Notes under the pieces: generated by a model
What the model saw: the letters and a program-made list of their open reading frames with translations, nothing else
Database searches by the model: none
Told to the model about the DNA's origin: nothing
Made by a program: the position numbers and the translations under genes
Source: Azolla caroliniana
Taxonomy: Eukaryota > Plantae > Polypodiophyta
Length of the DNA stretch: 64,000 nucleotides
Assembly: GCA_043228905.1 (NCBI GenBank)
Contig: JBHGNT010000015.1
Location: 20,212,001-20,276,000, forward strand
Direction: 5' to 3'
In this document: positions 26,366-37,787 of the stretch, one piece after another
How the letters are laid out: every line of letters begins with the position of its first letter
Numbering within the stretch: position 1 is the first letter of the stretch

Positions 26366-26514
26366 AACATTCATTGCTTTTTCTGACATAAACAATGTTC
26401 TTGCATATTTGAATTTGTGAATCACTTGGAAAATAACTCGTCACTATATTCGTACACAGACAACAAGTTCTGAATCACTTTTCAACACAATGTTGACATC
26501 ATCTTCTAAGATAT

Positions 26515-28275
26515 TGTGGTGTGCATGTGTTCCTTTGTGCCACCCTTTTAGCATACCCTTTTTAGGATGCATGTACCTAAGCCAACCCAAATGGGTACCT
26601 TTGTATGAACTATAAATTGAGTAAGAAGTAAGAAGTAAGAAGCTAACTAGGATGGTTTTGATCTCTTATGTGCATTTCACATATTGGTGGAGAAGCGGGC
26701 ACCAGTCCCCCACGTCCAAGTATCTACCTCTTCCCCCTCACCTTAGGTTGTCCACTAACTTCTTGTCCCATGAGTTTCTCCGATCCCCTTCTTACACGAT
26801 AGTCCTCCTGTCCTCCACCCCAGCCAAGTCCAGGTGGCCCTCAGTCCATAGGAGTGACTGATCTCTTTCCGCCTATAGCCCTCCTGTCTCCCACCTTAGC
26901 CAAGTCTAGGTGGCCCTCAGTCCACTGAAGCGATTGATCTTTCTCTGCCAATTGATCTTTCCTTGATCCCCCTCCGATACGATAGCCCTCATGTCTCCCA
27001 CCTCAGCCAAGTCTAGGTGGCCCTCAATCCATAGGAGCGATTGATCTTTCAGACAAATGGCCTCATCGAATACCGCAACAAGACCCTCAAGCAAGAGATG
27101 ACCACACGAATCAACCCTTTTCGAGCACTCTATGGGGGTGATCCTCGCCTCCCACCAGAATTGTCCATTGACGTCCATTCCAACCTTGCCAACATGGATA
27201 GTGCCCCATTGGGGACTCTATCTCCAATAGATGCACCCCCTCCTTTGACAAGCCAGCTCCCGAAACCTACAAAGTCGCACAACAACGCCAGAAGCACCGA
27301 GGGATTCGGCTCGTTCACCGTAGTTCGTCCCATCAGATCCACCACGTACTTACTCTAACGTGATTCCAACAACTAATTCACCTCCTCCTATGTTTCCTGC
27401 ATCAAGCCCTATGCCACCCCAGGCCCAACTTTTGACCCTCGTTCTTTCCCCATGTCGTAAACCTCCTTGTTTCTCTTAGGGGGGAAATGTTGTGTGCATG
27501 TGTTCCTTTGTGCCACCCTTTTAACATACCCTTTTTAGGATGCATGTACCTAAGTTGACCCACCCTTTAGCACACCCTTTTTAGCTAAGCCAACCCAAAT
27601 GGGTACCTTTGTATGAACTATAAATTGAGTAAGAAGTAAGAAGCTAACTAGGCTGCTTTGATCTTTCTCCGCCAATTGATCTTTCCCTAATCCCCCTCCG
27701 ACACGATAGCCCTCCTGTCTGCCACCTTAGCCAAGTCTAGGTGGCCCTCAGTCCACAAGAGCGATTGATCTTCCAGACAAATAGTCTTGTCGAATGCCGC
27801 AACAAGACCCTCAAGCAAGAGATGACTGCACGAATTAACCCTTTTCGAGCACTCTATGGGTGTCATCCTCGCCTCCCACCAGAATCGTCCATTGACGTCC
27901 ATTCCAACCTTGCCAACATGGATAGTGCCCCTTGGGGGCACTATCTCCAATTGATGTTCCCCCTCCTTTGACAAGCCAACTCCCGAAACCTACAAAGTCG
28001 CACAACAACGCCATAAGCACCGAGGGATTCGGCTCGTTCACCGTAGTTCGTGCCCGTCATCTCCACCAGTATGTGAAATGCACATAAGAGATCAAAACCA
28101 ACCTAGTAAGCTTCTTACTTCTTACTTAATTTATAGTTCATAGAAAGGTACCCATTTGGGTTGGCTTAGCTAAAAAGGGTGTGCTAAAAGGGTGGGTCGG
28201 CTTAGGTACATGCATCCTAAAAAGGGTATGCTAAAAAGGTGGCACAAAGGAACACATGCTTCCATGCACAGCACA
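26515..28275 (+). mobile_element. Small non-autonomous gypsy (TRIM-like): LTR 26515-26681, PBS 26685-26702, integrase relic, PPT, partial LTR 27488-27652, duplicated internal segment, then inverted PBS + LTR 28050-28275
   Basis: QTNGLIEYRNKTLKQ / PFRALYG integrase relic at 27041 and 27741. Three LTR copies, the last inverted. ATAT on both flanks. Confidence 0.87.
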
Positions 28276-28371
28276 ATATCATGCAAAGAGTACTCTATGA
28301 TTATCAATACAACGTTGGCATTGTCATTAAAATAGAGATTCTCTCTCTCAATATCTTTTATTATAAGTACC

Positions 28372-28566
28372 TTACCCTAATGGTAAGATGTTACACTACA
28401 AACACTATGCCTTGGGTTCGAAACCCAATTATCTCACCTCTCTATTACATACTTCATACATATCTGATTCTCTTTTCAATTCGCTAGATGCCACTGTGGA
28501 AATGTAAATATTGAACCCATGACCTACTGGTCTCCATTGGTCGACCTTACCAACTGAGCTACATCC
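28372..28566. other. two convergent tRNA-derived (SINE-head-like) A/B-box units
   Basis: Plus unit: TACCCTAATGG 28373, GGTTCGAAACC 28415. Minus unit: TAGCTCAGTTGG 28561-28550, GGTTCAATA 28517-28509. No cloverleaf. Confidence 0.5.
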
Positions 28567-29970
28567 ATCTAGGCAACCAATTCTCTGTCTCTCTCTGTCT
28601 CTCTATCTCTCTCTCGTAAAAGCACACAATTATATTAATGGTATGTAAAATCCACTTAGTTACAACACTTCTTAGTCTCCTCTACCTATCATATGCGTAT
28701 GTAAGGAGAGGGACGTTCTGTAATGCTATTTAAAAACCCAAATATGCATTTGAGCAAACAATCCCCACATGCTCTGACATCCAAAAATTCCACATGAGAA
28801 TACGTTTCAACTTCTTTATATAGGCCTTCACCCCATGTCTATTATCAAACATGAAAGCATTACGCATATTCCAATTGTGTTGTAGACCCCAATAACGTAA
28901 AAATTGGAACAATATCTCCATCTCATCATTTGAACCATTTTGAACATATTGAGAAAAAACCCATTGTTAACGTCTCAAACAACAACGGGTTAAAACTTGC
29001 CAAATGTCTGATAAGTACTTCCAAATGGTACACGCTATATGACATTTAATGAACCGTTGTTGTGAAGATTTTCGGCAACGGTGTGAAAATCATGTGGAAC
29101 AAACAAAATCAAGAAAGTGTAATGTGCACTCAAACATTTGTAAATAAAATAAGACTAAAGCCTAGTAACCTTTGTTAGTTCATACAAACTCAAACTAGAC
29201 GCGAACTCCGGCACCAAAGCGTGTGAGCCGACTCAGTATCGGCAACTCATCGGGAGTCTCATCTACCTCACGATCACACGACCCGATCTCAGTTATCCGG
29301 CGGTCTCCTTAGCCAATTCATGCAAACACCGCGTGATACTCACTTGGATTGCGCTAAGCGAGTTCTACGATACGTGAGCGGCACAATGGATTGTGGCATC
29401 CTCTACAAGACCGCGATGCCAATATGCCTCAAGGGGTACACAGACGCTGATTGGGCCGGCTACAAAGCCGATAGAAGATCAACCTCCTGAGCAATATCCT
29501 AGAGCAACAAAAAGCAACCAACCGTCGCTCTTTCGAGCACAGAGGCAGAATACAGGGGCGCGACAGTGGCCGCATGTGAAGCCGTATGGCGCAAGAGGAT
29601 ACTCAAGGATTTGGGCGTACCCATCAAGGATCCGACTTCCCTTTACTATGACAACATGAGCAGTATCTACCTGGCTCGGAACCCGGTGTTCCACGCGCGG
29701 ACAAAGCACATCAAAGTGCACTATCACTTCATCCGAGAGCGCGTTCTGGCTGGCGATGTCGACCTACAACACATTAGCACCAATCTTCAAACGACCGACA
29801 TCTTCACTAAAGCCTTAGGAGCCGACAAGCTATGGCAATTTATGACCGATCTTGGATTGACGATCCCTGACCTACCAAGCTTGGGGGGGAGTACTGAAGC
29901 CACTACGCAATAACGTGTTGGGATTACGGTCCCTCCGGATGGGACGGTCGGATGTCCGGGAATCGGGAAT

Positions 29971-30054
29971 GAAGACCCCGGTTACGGAGCCGGATGATGA
30001 AGACCCCGGTTACGGAGCCGGATGATGAAGACCCCGGTTACGGAGCCGGATGAC
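29971..30054 (+). repeat. 3 x 28-bp tandem repeat in copia U3 (also 40911-40994)
   Basis: GAAGACCCCGGTTACGGAGCCGGATGAT repeated three times. Confidence 0.9.
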
Positions 30055-30552
30055 GAATGTACCCGGAGAGAGATCCGGATGCGGGGACATATTTGTGAAT
30101 ATGTTTGCCAAGAGCCCTTGAGGCTATATTTGTAAATAGCCCGAAAGTCATATGTGTATAAATATGACTTAGGGCAAACAGTTTATTGGTTGTTGCTCAT
30201 TTTATGTTTTCAGCCGAGAGAGTGAAGTGAGAGCAGCCGAGAGAGAGAGAGAGAAAGGAAGGGGTCGACGCCTCTGTGTATTACCGCCGCCTGTGGCGAA
30301 GACAGTGAGCTCAAGGTTGTTGCCTTGTAGCTTCACCATTGTACATCTCTGTGTATAGTGATAGTTGGAGTTTGATGACTCCCGTGGTTTTTCCCATTTA
30401 GGGTTTTCCACGTAAAACACCCTGTGTACTCTCCTCTCTATTCTACTTCGTGCATTTTGTATTTCCTGTTTTCTGTGAATTTATCCTATTACTCGGTGGT
30501 GGCTGAGCACTGTTTTACAACAAAGTGGTATCAGAGCACGGTAACACAGAAA

Positions 30553-31555
30553 ATGGAAGGCGGCGGTAGTGGGCCTCCGGGCATGATGGTGCTGAACTCA
30601 CAGAACTACGCCGACTGGAAGATAAAGATGGAAGACCTTCTCATCGTCCGAGACCTGTATGAACCGATCGACAATGCCGAGATACCCAAGGGGGTAATAG
30701 AGTCGGAGTGGAAGCTCCTGAACCGGAAAGCCGTAGCGACGATCCGGCAATATGTCGATGTAAGCGTTCTACAACATGTGGCGAATGACACCAACGCATA
30801 TGAGATGTGGAAGAAGCTGTCGGGCCTCTACGAGAGGAAGAATGCGTTGAACCGAACCTCCCTGATGAGGAAGATAGTGAACCTCAAGTACCGGGACGGC
30901 GAGAATATGGTGGAACACGTGAGCACGTTCATGGGATTCGTGAACCAGCTTGCGGCGATCAAGTTCCCGTTGGAGGATGCAATGCAAGCCATCATTCTGA
31001 TGTGTACATTGCCGGAAAGCTGGGAGAACTTGGTGGTGACTCTCAGCACCTCCTGCACCGAAGATAACTTGTCTCTACAAACGGTAAAGACAAGCATTTT
31101 GAACGAAGAAGCGCGTCGGAGAGATAAAGAACCGGCCTCCGACTCGAAGGCGCTGCTTACCGAATCGGATCGGGGAAGACAATGGAACCGGAGTCCGCAA
31201 AGACGGGAGAAGTCGGGGACCCGGTCGCATTCAAGAGGAAGGCCCACATGCTTCCACTGTGGGAAGCCGGGGCACTTCCGGAAGAATTGTCGGCATTACC
31301 GAAAGGACAACGGAGCCGACGACACCGATTCGAAGAAGTCACCGGAGAGAAACGGTGCATACCGGGGAGCCACGGACCGAAGAGGTCCGGATCGGCGAGG
31401 GCAGGACCGGAGAGGAACGACGGCACTCGCGGCAAGTGAAGAAGAGATAATGCTCATTACCGAAGAGAGGGAGCTGAACCTTGCCGGTGTAGAGATGACC
31501 TGGGTGGTCGATTCCGGAGCATCGTTCCACCTGACCCCGGAGAGAAGATACTTCT
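30553..31555 (+). pseudogene. copia gag-protease N-part, interrupted by a gypsy insertion
   Basis: CFHCGKPGHFRKNC knuckle and WVVDSGASFH protease; the frame resumes at 37788. Confidence 0.92.
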
Positions 31556-32094
31556 TGTCGTGACTCTTGAGTAGGAAGCAGAGAGAGAGCGATGGCGATA
31601 GAGATAACGATAACGATAGAGATGGCGAGAGCGGTAGAGATAGCGATAGTGATAGAAAGAGAGTGAAAGAGGGAGAGAGTGCGAGAGAGAGAAAAGTATA
31701 AGTGAGAGATAAGAAATGGGAATGCGATTATATTATGAGAAAGAAGATTACAAGGAGTAGGCTAAGGGCTAAAGACTGGTGTTGAACCGAATGAGTTGTG
31801 ATGAGTATATGGACTCTTATTTATAGGCCCTTATGGAGTATTCTAGAATGTTCTAGAATATTTTAGATATTTATGAATAATAATAATAATAAATATAATC
31901 ATGAAATATTCAAGAACATTCTAGAATAATCTAGAATGTTCTAAATATCTCGTAATAACTAAACATATAATTATTATGATTACATCTCACATATGTTATT
32001 ACAATGGTTAAAGTACAATATGTAAACCAAGAGGTTATGGGTTCGATTCCTGGTTCGCCAAGATGAATGTCATGATAAGCCAAGATGTATGTCT

Positions 32095-35000
32095 TCATGA
32101 CATTATCCCCCCTTTTCGATGACGAGTTGCACGAGTCGGAAGAAAAGAGTTCAGACTTGGTTTATGAGGATATTGGTTGTGAAATGCAACAACCATGTCG
32201 GAGGCATTGGCAAGATGTTCGGCAGGCTCCCATGTTCGATCATTAGGTGTATAGCCTAACCAATCAACCAAGTAGTATAGTTTGTTGCGAATGATCTTGG
32301 AGTCGAGGATAGCGGCAACCTCATATTCAGAGCCATTGGAAACGTCAATTGGAGGTGGGGGAGGTGTAACACGACCCGGAATAGAGCTCGTTGTGTAAGG
32401 CTCCAAAAGTGAAACATGGAAGACCGGGTGAAGACGCATATGAGGAGGAAGATCAAGTCGAAATGTCACATCATTGATCTTACCACTTATGACATATGGG
32501 CCAAAACGTTGATAATCCAATTTGTAGCAAGGTCGGGTCGTTTTAATGCTACCTTGTAAGAGCCATACACGATCGCCTACTTGAAATGTAGTCGATGAAT
32601 CACGCCGATGACGGTCAACAATCTTCTTTTGAGTGTTTTGGGCTTCACATAAATGATGCAAAAGCATATCCTGAACTTCTTGGAGTCGAGTGAGCCGATC
32701 TTCAGCAGCTGGGTTTTTTGGGAGTTCAGGATGTTCAAGCATCGTCCAACGAGGATGGTACCCAATGTTTGCAAAAAATGGGGAATATCCAGTAGAAGAA
32801 TGCTCGGAGTTGTTATAAGCAAATTCTGCCAAAGGTAGTAAATCCACCCAATCATCTTGTTGATAGTTGACAAAACAACGTAGATATTGCTCGACTGTTT
32901 GGTTGGTGCGCTCACTCTGCCCATTAGTCTCTGGATGGTAGCCGGAAGAGAGTTTACAAGAAGTATGTAAGAGTCTGAACATGTGCCGCCAAAATTTCGA
33001 GATGAATTGGGGACCCCGATCACTGATAATATCATCTGGAAGACCATGATGGCGAAACACCTCCCGCATGAGTAAATCAGTTGTCTCTTGACTAGTAATG
33101 GTCTTTGTGCATGGAAGGAAATGTGCCATCTTCGTAAAACGATCGACAACCGTGAGAATCGAATCAAATCCCTTGGAAGGTGGAAGATCCGTAATAAAGT
33201 CCAAGGAAATAGATTTCCATGGGCCCTCCGGAATAGGCATTGGCTGTAATAAGCCATATGGATGATGTCGAGGCTTTTTTGATCGGCAACATGTATCACA
33301 GCTACGAACATAATCCGTAACAAAATGGCGAAGCCGTGGCCACCAATATCGGCGAGAAATCAACTCAAAAGTCTTGTGGATGCCGAACTGTCCCGCCATT
33401 GGTGTGTCATGACATTGTTGCATGACTTTGAGTCGAGAAGGACCGTCAGGCACATACAAGAGAGTTTGTCGAAAAAGTAACCCATCATGCCAACTAAACT
33501 GGGTGTAGTCTAGACGAGGATTTTGAGTTTGGGAGCTAGATGCACGATTTGGGATAATATGGCTCAAAACCTCTTGGGCGAACGCATCAGTCGCAATCTG
33601 CTCACGAATGGAATCAAGAAGCCTTGAATCTCCCGGTGTGTTGATGGTATGCATTGCCATTATTCGTAGACGATCAGGACCTAAGAGGATTTGCTTTTGG
33701 CTTTCAAATGCGGCCTCTCCAGGTTGAAGTTCCATATACGAACGTCTAGATAAAGCATCTGCTTTTCCTTGTTGCATCCCAGGGCGATATAGAATTACAA
33801 AATCGAAACGAGTTAAGAACTGCGCCCAACGAGCTTGTCGTCGATTCAAGACTCGAGCACTTTGAAAGTATGTTAGATTTTTATGATCATTGTAGACAAT
33901 AATCTGCTGAGAAGAACCCTCCAGAAAATGACGCCATTGTTGAAAAGAATCCACAATGGCAAGAAGCTCTTTGTCGTGAATCTCATAGTTGATTTCTGCG
34001 GCTTCAAATTTTCGTGAGTGAAAAGCCACCGGGTGCAGTTCACCATCATCACCAATTTGGGATAGTACACTTCCGAGTGCGAAATCCGATGCATCAGCTT
34101 CAAGTATAAAGCGCCTCATTGGATCGACATGGATTAAGATTGGTGCGGATGTACATGCTTGCTTTAAACCCTCAAATGCAGAGTTCGCATCTATACTCCA
34201 TACAAATGATCGATTCTTGTGCGTCAGTTGAGTGAGGGGCAACACAATTTTTGAATAGTCTTTGATGAACTTGCGATAAAAGTTTGCGAACCCCAAAAAA
34301 CATTGCACATCTCGCACAGACTGTGGTGTTTGCCAATCCAAAATTGTTTGAACCTTTGATGGATCCATAGAGATGCCATTTGAAGAGACTATGTACCCCA
34401 AAAACTCCACTTGACGTTGGTCGAAACTACACTTCTCCAATTTTGCATAGAGACCATACTCTCGTAGCCGTTGCAAAACTTGGCGAACATGTATATCATG
34501 TTCTTCTTGAGTTTTTGAGTAGATCAAGATATCATCCAGGTAAACAATGATGAAGATATCGAGAAAGTCTCGAAAAATATCATTCGCCATATGTTGGAAG
34601 ACTGCTGGTGCATTCGTGAGGCCAAAAGGCATCACTGTGTACTCAAAATGACCATAGCGAGTGCGGAACGCCGTCTTCCATTCATCCCCAGGACGAATTC
34701 GAACAAGGTTGTAGGCACCTCGAAGATCTAACTTCGTGAAATACTTTGCTTCACTGAGGCGTTCTAGAAGGCTTGAGATCAATGGGAGAGCATATCGGTT
34801 TCTAACGGTCACTTTATTCAAGCCTCGATAATCCACGACCATACGAAGCGTACCATCTTTCTTCTTAACGAAAAAGATGGGTGCACCAACAGGAGATTTT
34901 GAATGTTGGATAAAACCATTTGCCAAGTTCTCATTGATATATTCTCGAAGAACCTCTAACTCCGTGGGCGAAAGATTATAAATTGGTCCCCATGGAGGCT

Positions 35001-35739
35001 CTTTTCCTGGCTGCAAATCAATTGGGCAATCATATGGTCGATGCTCTGGTAGTCTATTAGCCTTCACCTTATCGAACACATCGGAGAATTCTATGTACTT
35101 CTTTGGTAGTTGGACCCCCAATTCTTGTGAGCTAGATGAGGGAGTTGCTAAAACCGCAAATACCATCATGTCTTCCTTTCTTCCATCCTCTCGTAATTGA
35201 TGTATAGAGATTGTTGAAATTGTGGGGGATCCTAGATCCTTAGTTGGAGCTTCAAGAGACTTGGATTGTACGGTGACCTCTTCAATAGTTCTTTTTCTCC
35301 AATCAATGGTTGGGTTATGTAACTCAAACCAAGGAAGACCAAGAACTAGAGAGTGCTCCGGACTACTAATGATGTTAAATGAGATGACACTAGCCAAATT
35401 ACCTAGGACTACACGAATTGGTTCAGACTCTTCGACTATATCTCCTGATGCTATAGGGCGACCATCGATGACTCCTACAGCTACTGGGTTTGGGAGTTTT
35501 TTCAAGATGATGTTTTGAGTCAATGCAAACTCGCGATCCATGAAACAAGAATTGGCTCCGGAATCTAGGAGGGCAGAGGCTAGGGCGCGATGACCTGTAG
35601 ATGTGCTAAGCTCGACTTGTGCAGAAAAAACTCTACTAACTTGATTTGATGAAATGGAACCACAACTAGGTACTGACTCTACATAACTAGGATGGTCCAA
35701 CCAAATGGCTCCTATTTTGGCCGGACTTATTCGTTTAAC
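32095..35739 (-). CDS. pol: gypsy Pol (PR-RT-RH-IN-chromodomain), open, probably expressed by -1 frameshift
   Basis: 1201-aa ORF with LLDSGA, YLDD, DASDF, D-D-E integrase, GPY and YLVDWLGY..TWEP. The second His of the HHCC motif is Gln. Confidence 0.93.
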   Translation of the reverse strand, partial: VKRISPAKIGAIWLDHPSYVESVPSCGSISSNQVSRVFSAQVELSTSTGHRALASALLDSGANSCFMDREFALTQNIILKKLPNPVAVGVIDGRPIASGDIVEESEPIRVVLGNLASVISFNIISSPEHSLVLGLPWFELHNPTIDWRKRTIEEVTVQSKSLEAPTKDLGSPTISTISIHQLREDGRKEDMMVFAVLATPSSSSQELGVQLPKKYIEFSDVFDKVKANRLPEHRPYDCPIDLQPGKEPPWGPIYNLSPTELEVLREYINENLANGFIQHSKSPVGAPIFFVKKKDGTLRMVVDYRGLNKVTVRNRYALPLISSLLERLSEAKYFTKLDLRGAYNLVRIRPGDEWKTAFRTRYGHFEYTVMPFGLTNAPAVFQHMANDIFRDFLDIFIIVYLDDILIYSKTQEEHDIHVRQVLQRLREYGLYAKLEKCSFDQRQVEFLGYIVSSNGISMDPSKVQTILDWQTPQSVRDVQCFLGFANFYRKFIKDYSKIVLPLTQLTHKNRSFVWSIDANSAFEGLKQACTSAPILIHVDPMRRFILEADASDFALGSVLSQIGDDGELHPVAFHSRKFEAAEINYEIHDKELLAIVDSFQQWRHFLEGSSQQIIVYNDHKNLTYFQSARVLNRRQARWAQFLTRFDFVILYRPGMQQGKADALSRRSYMELQPGEAAFESQKQILLGPDRLRIMAMHTINTPGDSRLLDSIREQIATDAFAQEVLSHIIPNRASSSQTQNPRLDYTQFSWHDGLLFRQTLLYVPDGPSRLKVMQQCHDTPMAGQFGIHKTFELISRRYWWPRLRHFVTDYVRSCDTCCRSKKPRHHPYGLLQPMPIPEGPWKSISLDFITDLPPSKGFDSILTVVDRFTKMAHFLPCTKTITSQETTDLLMREVFRHHGLPDDIISDRGPQFISKFWRHMFRLLHTSCKLSSGYHPETNGQSERTNQTVEQYLRCFVNYQQDDWVDLLPLAEFAYNNSEHSSTGYSPFFANIGYHPRWTMLEHPELPKNPAAEDRLTRLQEVQDMLLHHLCEAQNTQKKIVDRHRRDSSTTFQVGDRVWLLQGSIKTTRPCYKLDYQRFGPYVISGKINDVTFRLDLPPHMRLHPVFHVSLLEPYTTSSIPGRVTPPPPPIDVSNGSEYEVAAILDSKIIRNKLYYLVDWLGYTPNDRTWEPAEHLANASDMVVAFHNQYPHKPSLNSFLPTRATRHRKGGIMS

Positions 35740-36854
35740 ACATCCTCTAATTGGCTCAAGACATCAAATCTATTCTCATGGCATGGGCTAGTAGGCTTAG
35801 TACTTAAGTTATTAGAAGTGATAGTAGAACTTGATGTAGGGTTGTCATGTGCACTTACTTGGTAAACTTGACGCCTGGGTTTATGTGGACAATTCACAGC
35901 TATATGTCCTGGACCACCACAGTAGAGGCATAGGCGATGCGCCCGACATCGTTGTTTCTCAGCATCTGATAAGGGCCCTCGACGTTGTGTCGACTCTATT
36001 TCCATCGGAGTGGGACCATCCCTCGTAACGGGTCTAGAACCTTGTGGCGGTGTGGCGACTATAGAAGCGTATGTCTGTTCCGGTTGGCGGCGTAACATTT
36101 GTTGACGTTCAGAACGTCGCTCAAATAGGCGATTATCACATCGCACAGCTCGGCTAATAGCTTCAGTAAGAGACTTTGGATCTTCATGGAAAGTAAGAAG
36201 AAGATCTTTGACATCGTTACGCAAACCCTGACGGAATTGATCCATTAAGGCTGCCTCATCCCAAGGGATGTCGCATGCCAAGAGACGGAAATCTGCGGCA
36301 TAAGCTGAAGCGGGACGATCTCCTTGTCGGAGTCTTCGAATCTTGTTTATTGCAGTCCTAGTGCTATCCGTATCTCCAAAACTAGCTTGAAACTCCTTAA
36401 CGAATGCCTCGAAATCCTCCAGTAATGGTGATTTCTTCTCAAGAAGTGGTGCAAACCATGCTAACGCTGTACCGCTTAGCAAGGTTCCTATTAATCCCAC
36501 ACGGGCAGCATCAGTTGGATACCGATTGGGATGTAACTGAATCACCAAACGAACTTGATTCAGGAAACCTCGAAAGAGAGATCTGGTACCATCAAACTTG
36601 GCAGGGAGGCTAATCTTTGGTTCCCTTGGGGAGTTTTGAACCCCCGCCGCTTGTTCTCGTAATGTTAATATAGTAGCCTCAAGTTGATGAACCCGTTGTG
36701 ATAACTCCTCATATTGATGAGCTTTCTCAGTACTGACTTGTTGAAGATCCCCGAGTAGCCTTTGATTTTCTTGCTCTAATGCCACAAACTTAGTGGTGAG
36801 CATATCGAGCTCCGAAAGGACACGCATATACTCTTGCTTGCTGACCGACTCCAT
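35727..36854 (-). CDS. gag: gypsy Gag, 375 aa, open
   Basis: Coiled-coil N-terminus, PAKFDGTR, CLYCGGPGHIAVNC. Confidence 0.93.
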   Translation of the reverse strand: MESVSKQEYMRVLSELDMLTTKFVALEQENQRLLGDLQQVSTEKAHQYEELSQRVHQLEATILTLREQAAGVQNSPREPKISLPAKFDGTRSLFRGFLNQVRLVIQLHPNRYPTDAARVGLIGTLLSGTALAWFAPLLEKKSPLLEDFEAFVKEFQASFGDTDSTRTAINKIRRLRQGDRPASAYAADFRLLACDIPWDEAALMDQFRQGLRNDVKDLLLTFHEDPKSLTEAISRAVRCDNRLFERRSERQQMLRRQPEQTYASIVATPPQGSRPVTRDGPTPMEIESTQRRGPLSDAEKQRCRAHRLCLYCGGPGHIAVNCPHKPRRQVYQVSAHDNPTSSSTITSNNLSTKPTSPCHENRFDVLSQLEDVLNE

Positions 36855-37787
36855 AACCGCGGGGGAAAAAGAAAGAAGGATAAAGAAGAAAGCTTGCTAG
36901 AGTTATTGGAGAAAGGGAAAAGAAATATTCGGTTCAAACTGTCGTGATTCTTGAGTAGGAAGCAGAGAGAGAGAGCGATGGCGATAGAGATAACGATAAC
37001 GATAGAGATGGCGAGAGCGGTAGAGATAGCGATAGTGATAGAAAGAGAGTGAAAGAGGGAGAGAGTGCGAGAGAGAGAAAAGTATAAGTGAGAGATAAGA
37101 AATGGGAATGCGATTATATTATGAGAAAGAAGAATACAAGGAGTAGGCTAAGGGCTAAAGACTGGTGTTGAACCGAATGAGTTGTGATGAGTGTATGGAC
37201 TCTTATTTATAGGCCCTTATGGAGTATTCTAGAATGTTCTAGAATATTTTAGATATTTATGAATAATAATAATAATAAATATAATCATGAAATATTCAAG
37301 AACATTCTAGAATAATCTAGAATGTTCTAAATATCTCGTAATAACTAAACATATAATTATTATGATTACATCTCACATATGTTATTACAATGGTTAAAGT
37401 ACAATATGTAAACCAAGAGGTTATGGGTTCGATTCCTGGTTCGCCAAGATGAATGTCATGATAAGCCAAGATGAGTTGTGATGAGTGTATGGACTCTTAT
37501 TTATAGGCCCTTATGGAGTATTCTAGAATGTTCTAGAATATTTTAGATATTTATGAATAATAATAATAATAAATATAATCATGAAATATTCAAGAACATT
37601 CTAGAATAATCTAGAATGTTCTAAATATCTCGTAATAACTAAACATATAATTATTATGATTACATCTCACATATGTTATTACAATGGTTAAAGTACAATA
37701 TGTAAACCAAGAGGTTATGGGTTCGATTCCTGGTTCGCCAAGATGAATGTCATGATAAGCCAAGATGTATGTCTTCATGACACTTCT

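Larger units (their letters stand above)
31556..37782 (-). mobile_element. Near-intact Tcn1-like chromovirus; 3' LTR 31556-32102, 5' LTR 36940-37782 (carries a 294-bp duplication)
   Basis: TSD CTTCT at 31551-31555 and 37783-37787. PPT 32103-32116. Non-tRNA PBS 36927-36937. Confidence 0.97.

Noticed and set aside
28690-29040. Short minus-strand ORF-like stretch (possible gene or transposase relic)
   Set aside because: No recognisable motif or splice structure.
30424-30552. N-terminal extension of copia Gag in the ORF track
   Set aside because: It runs through U5 and the PBS; the likely start is the ATG at 30553.
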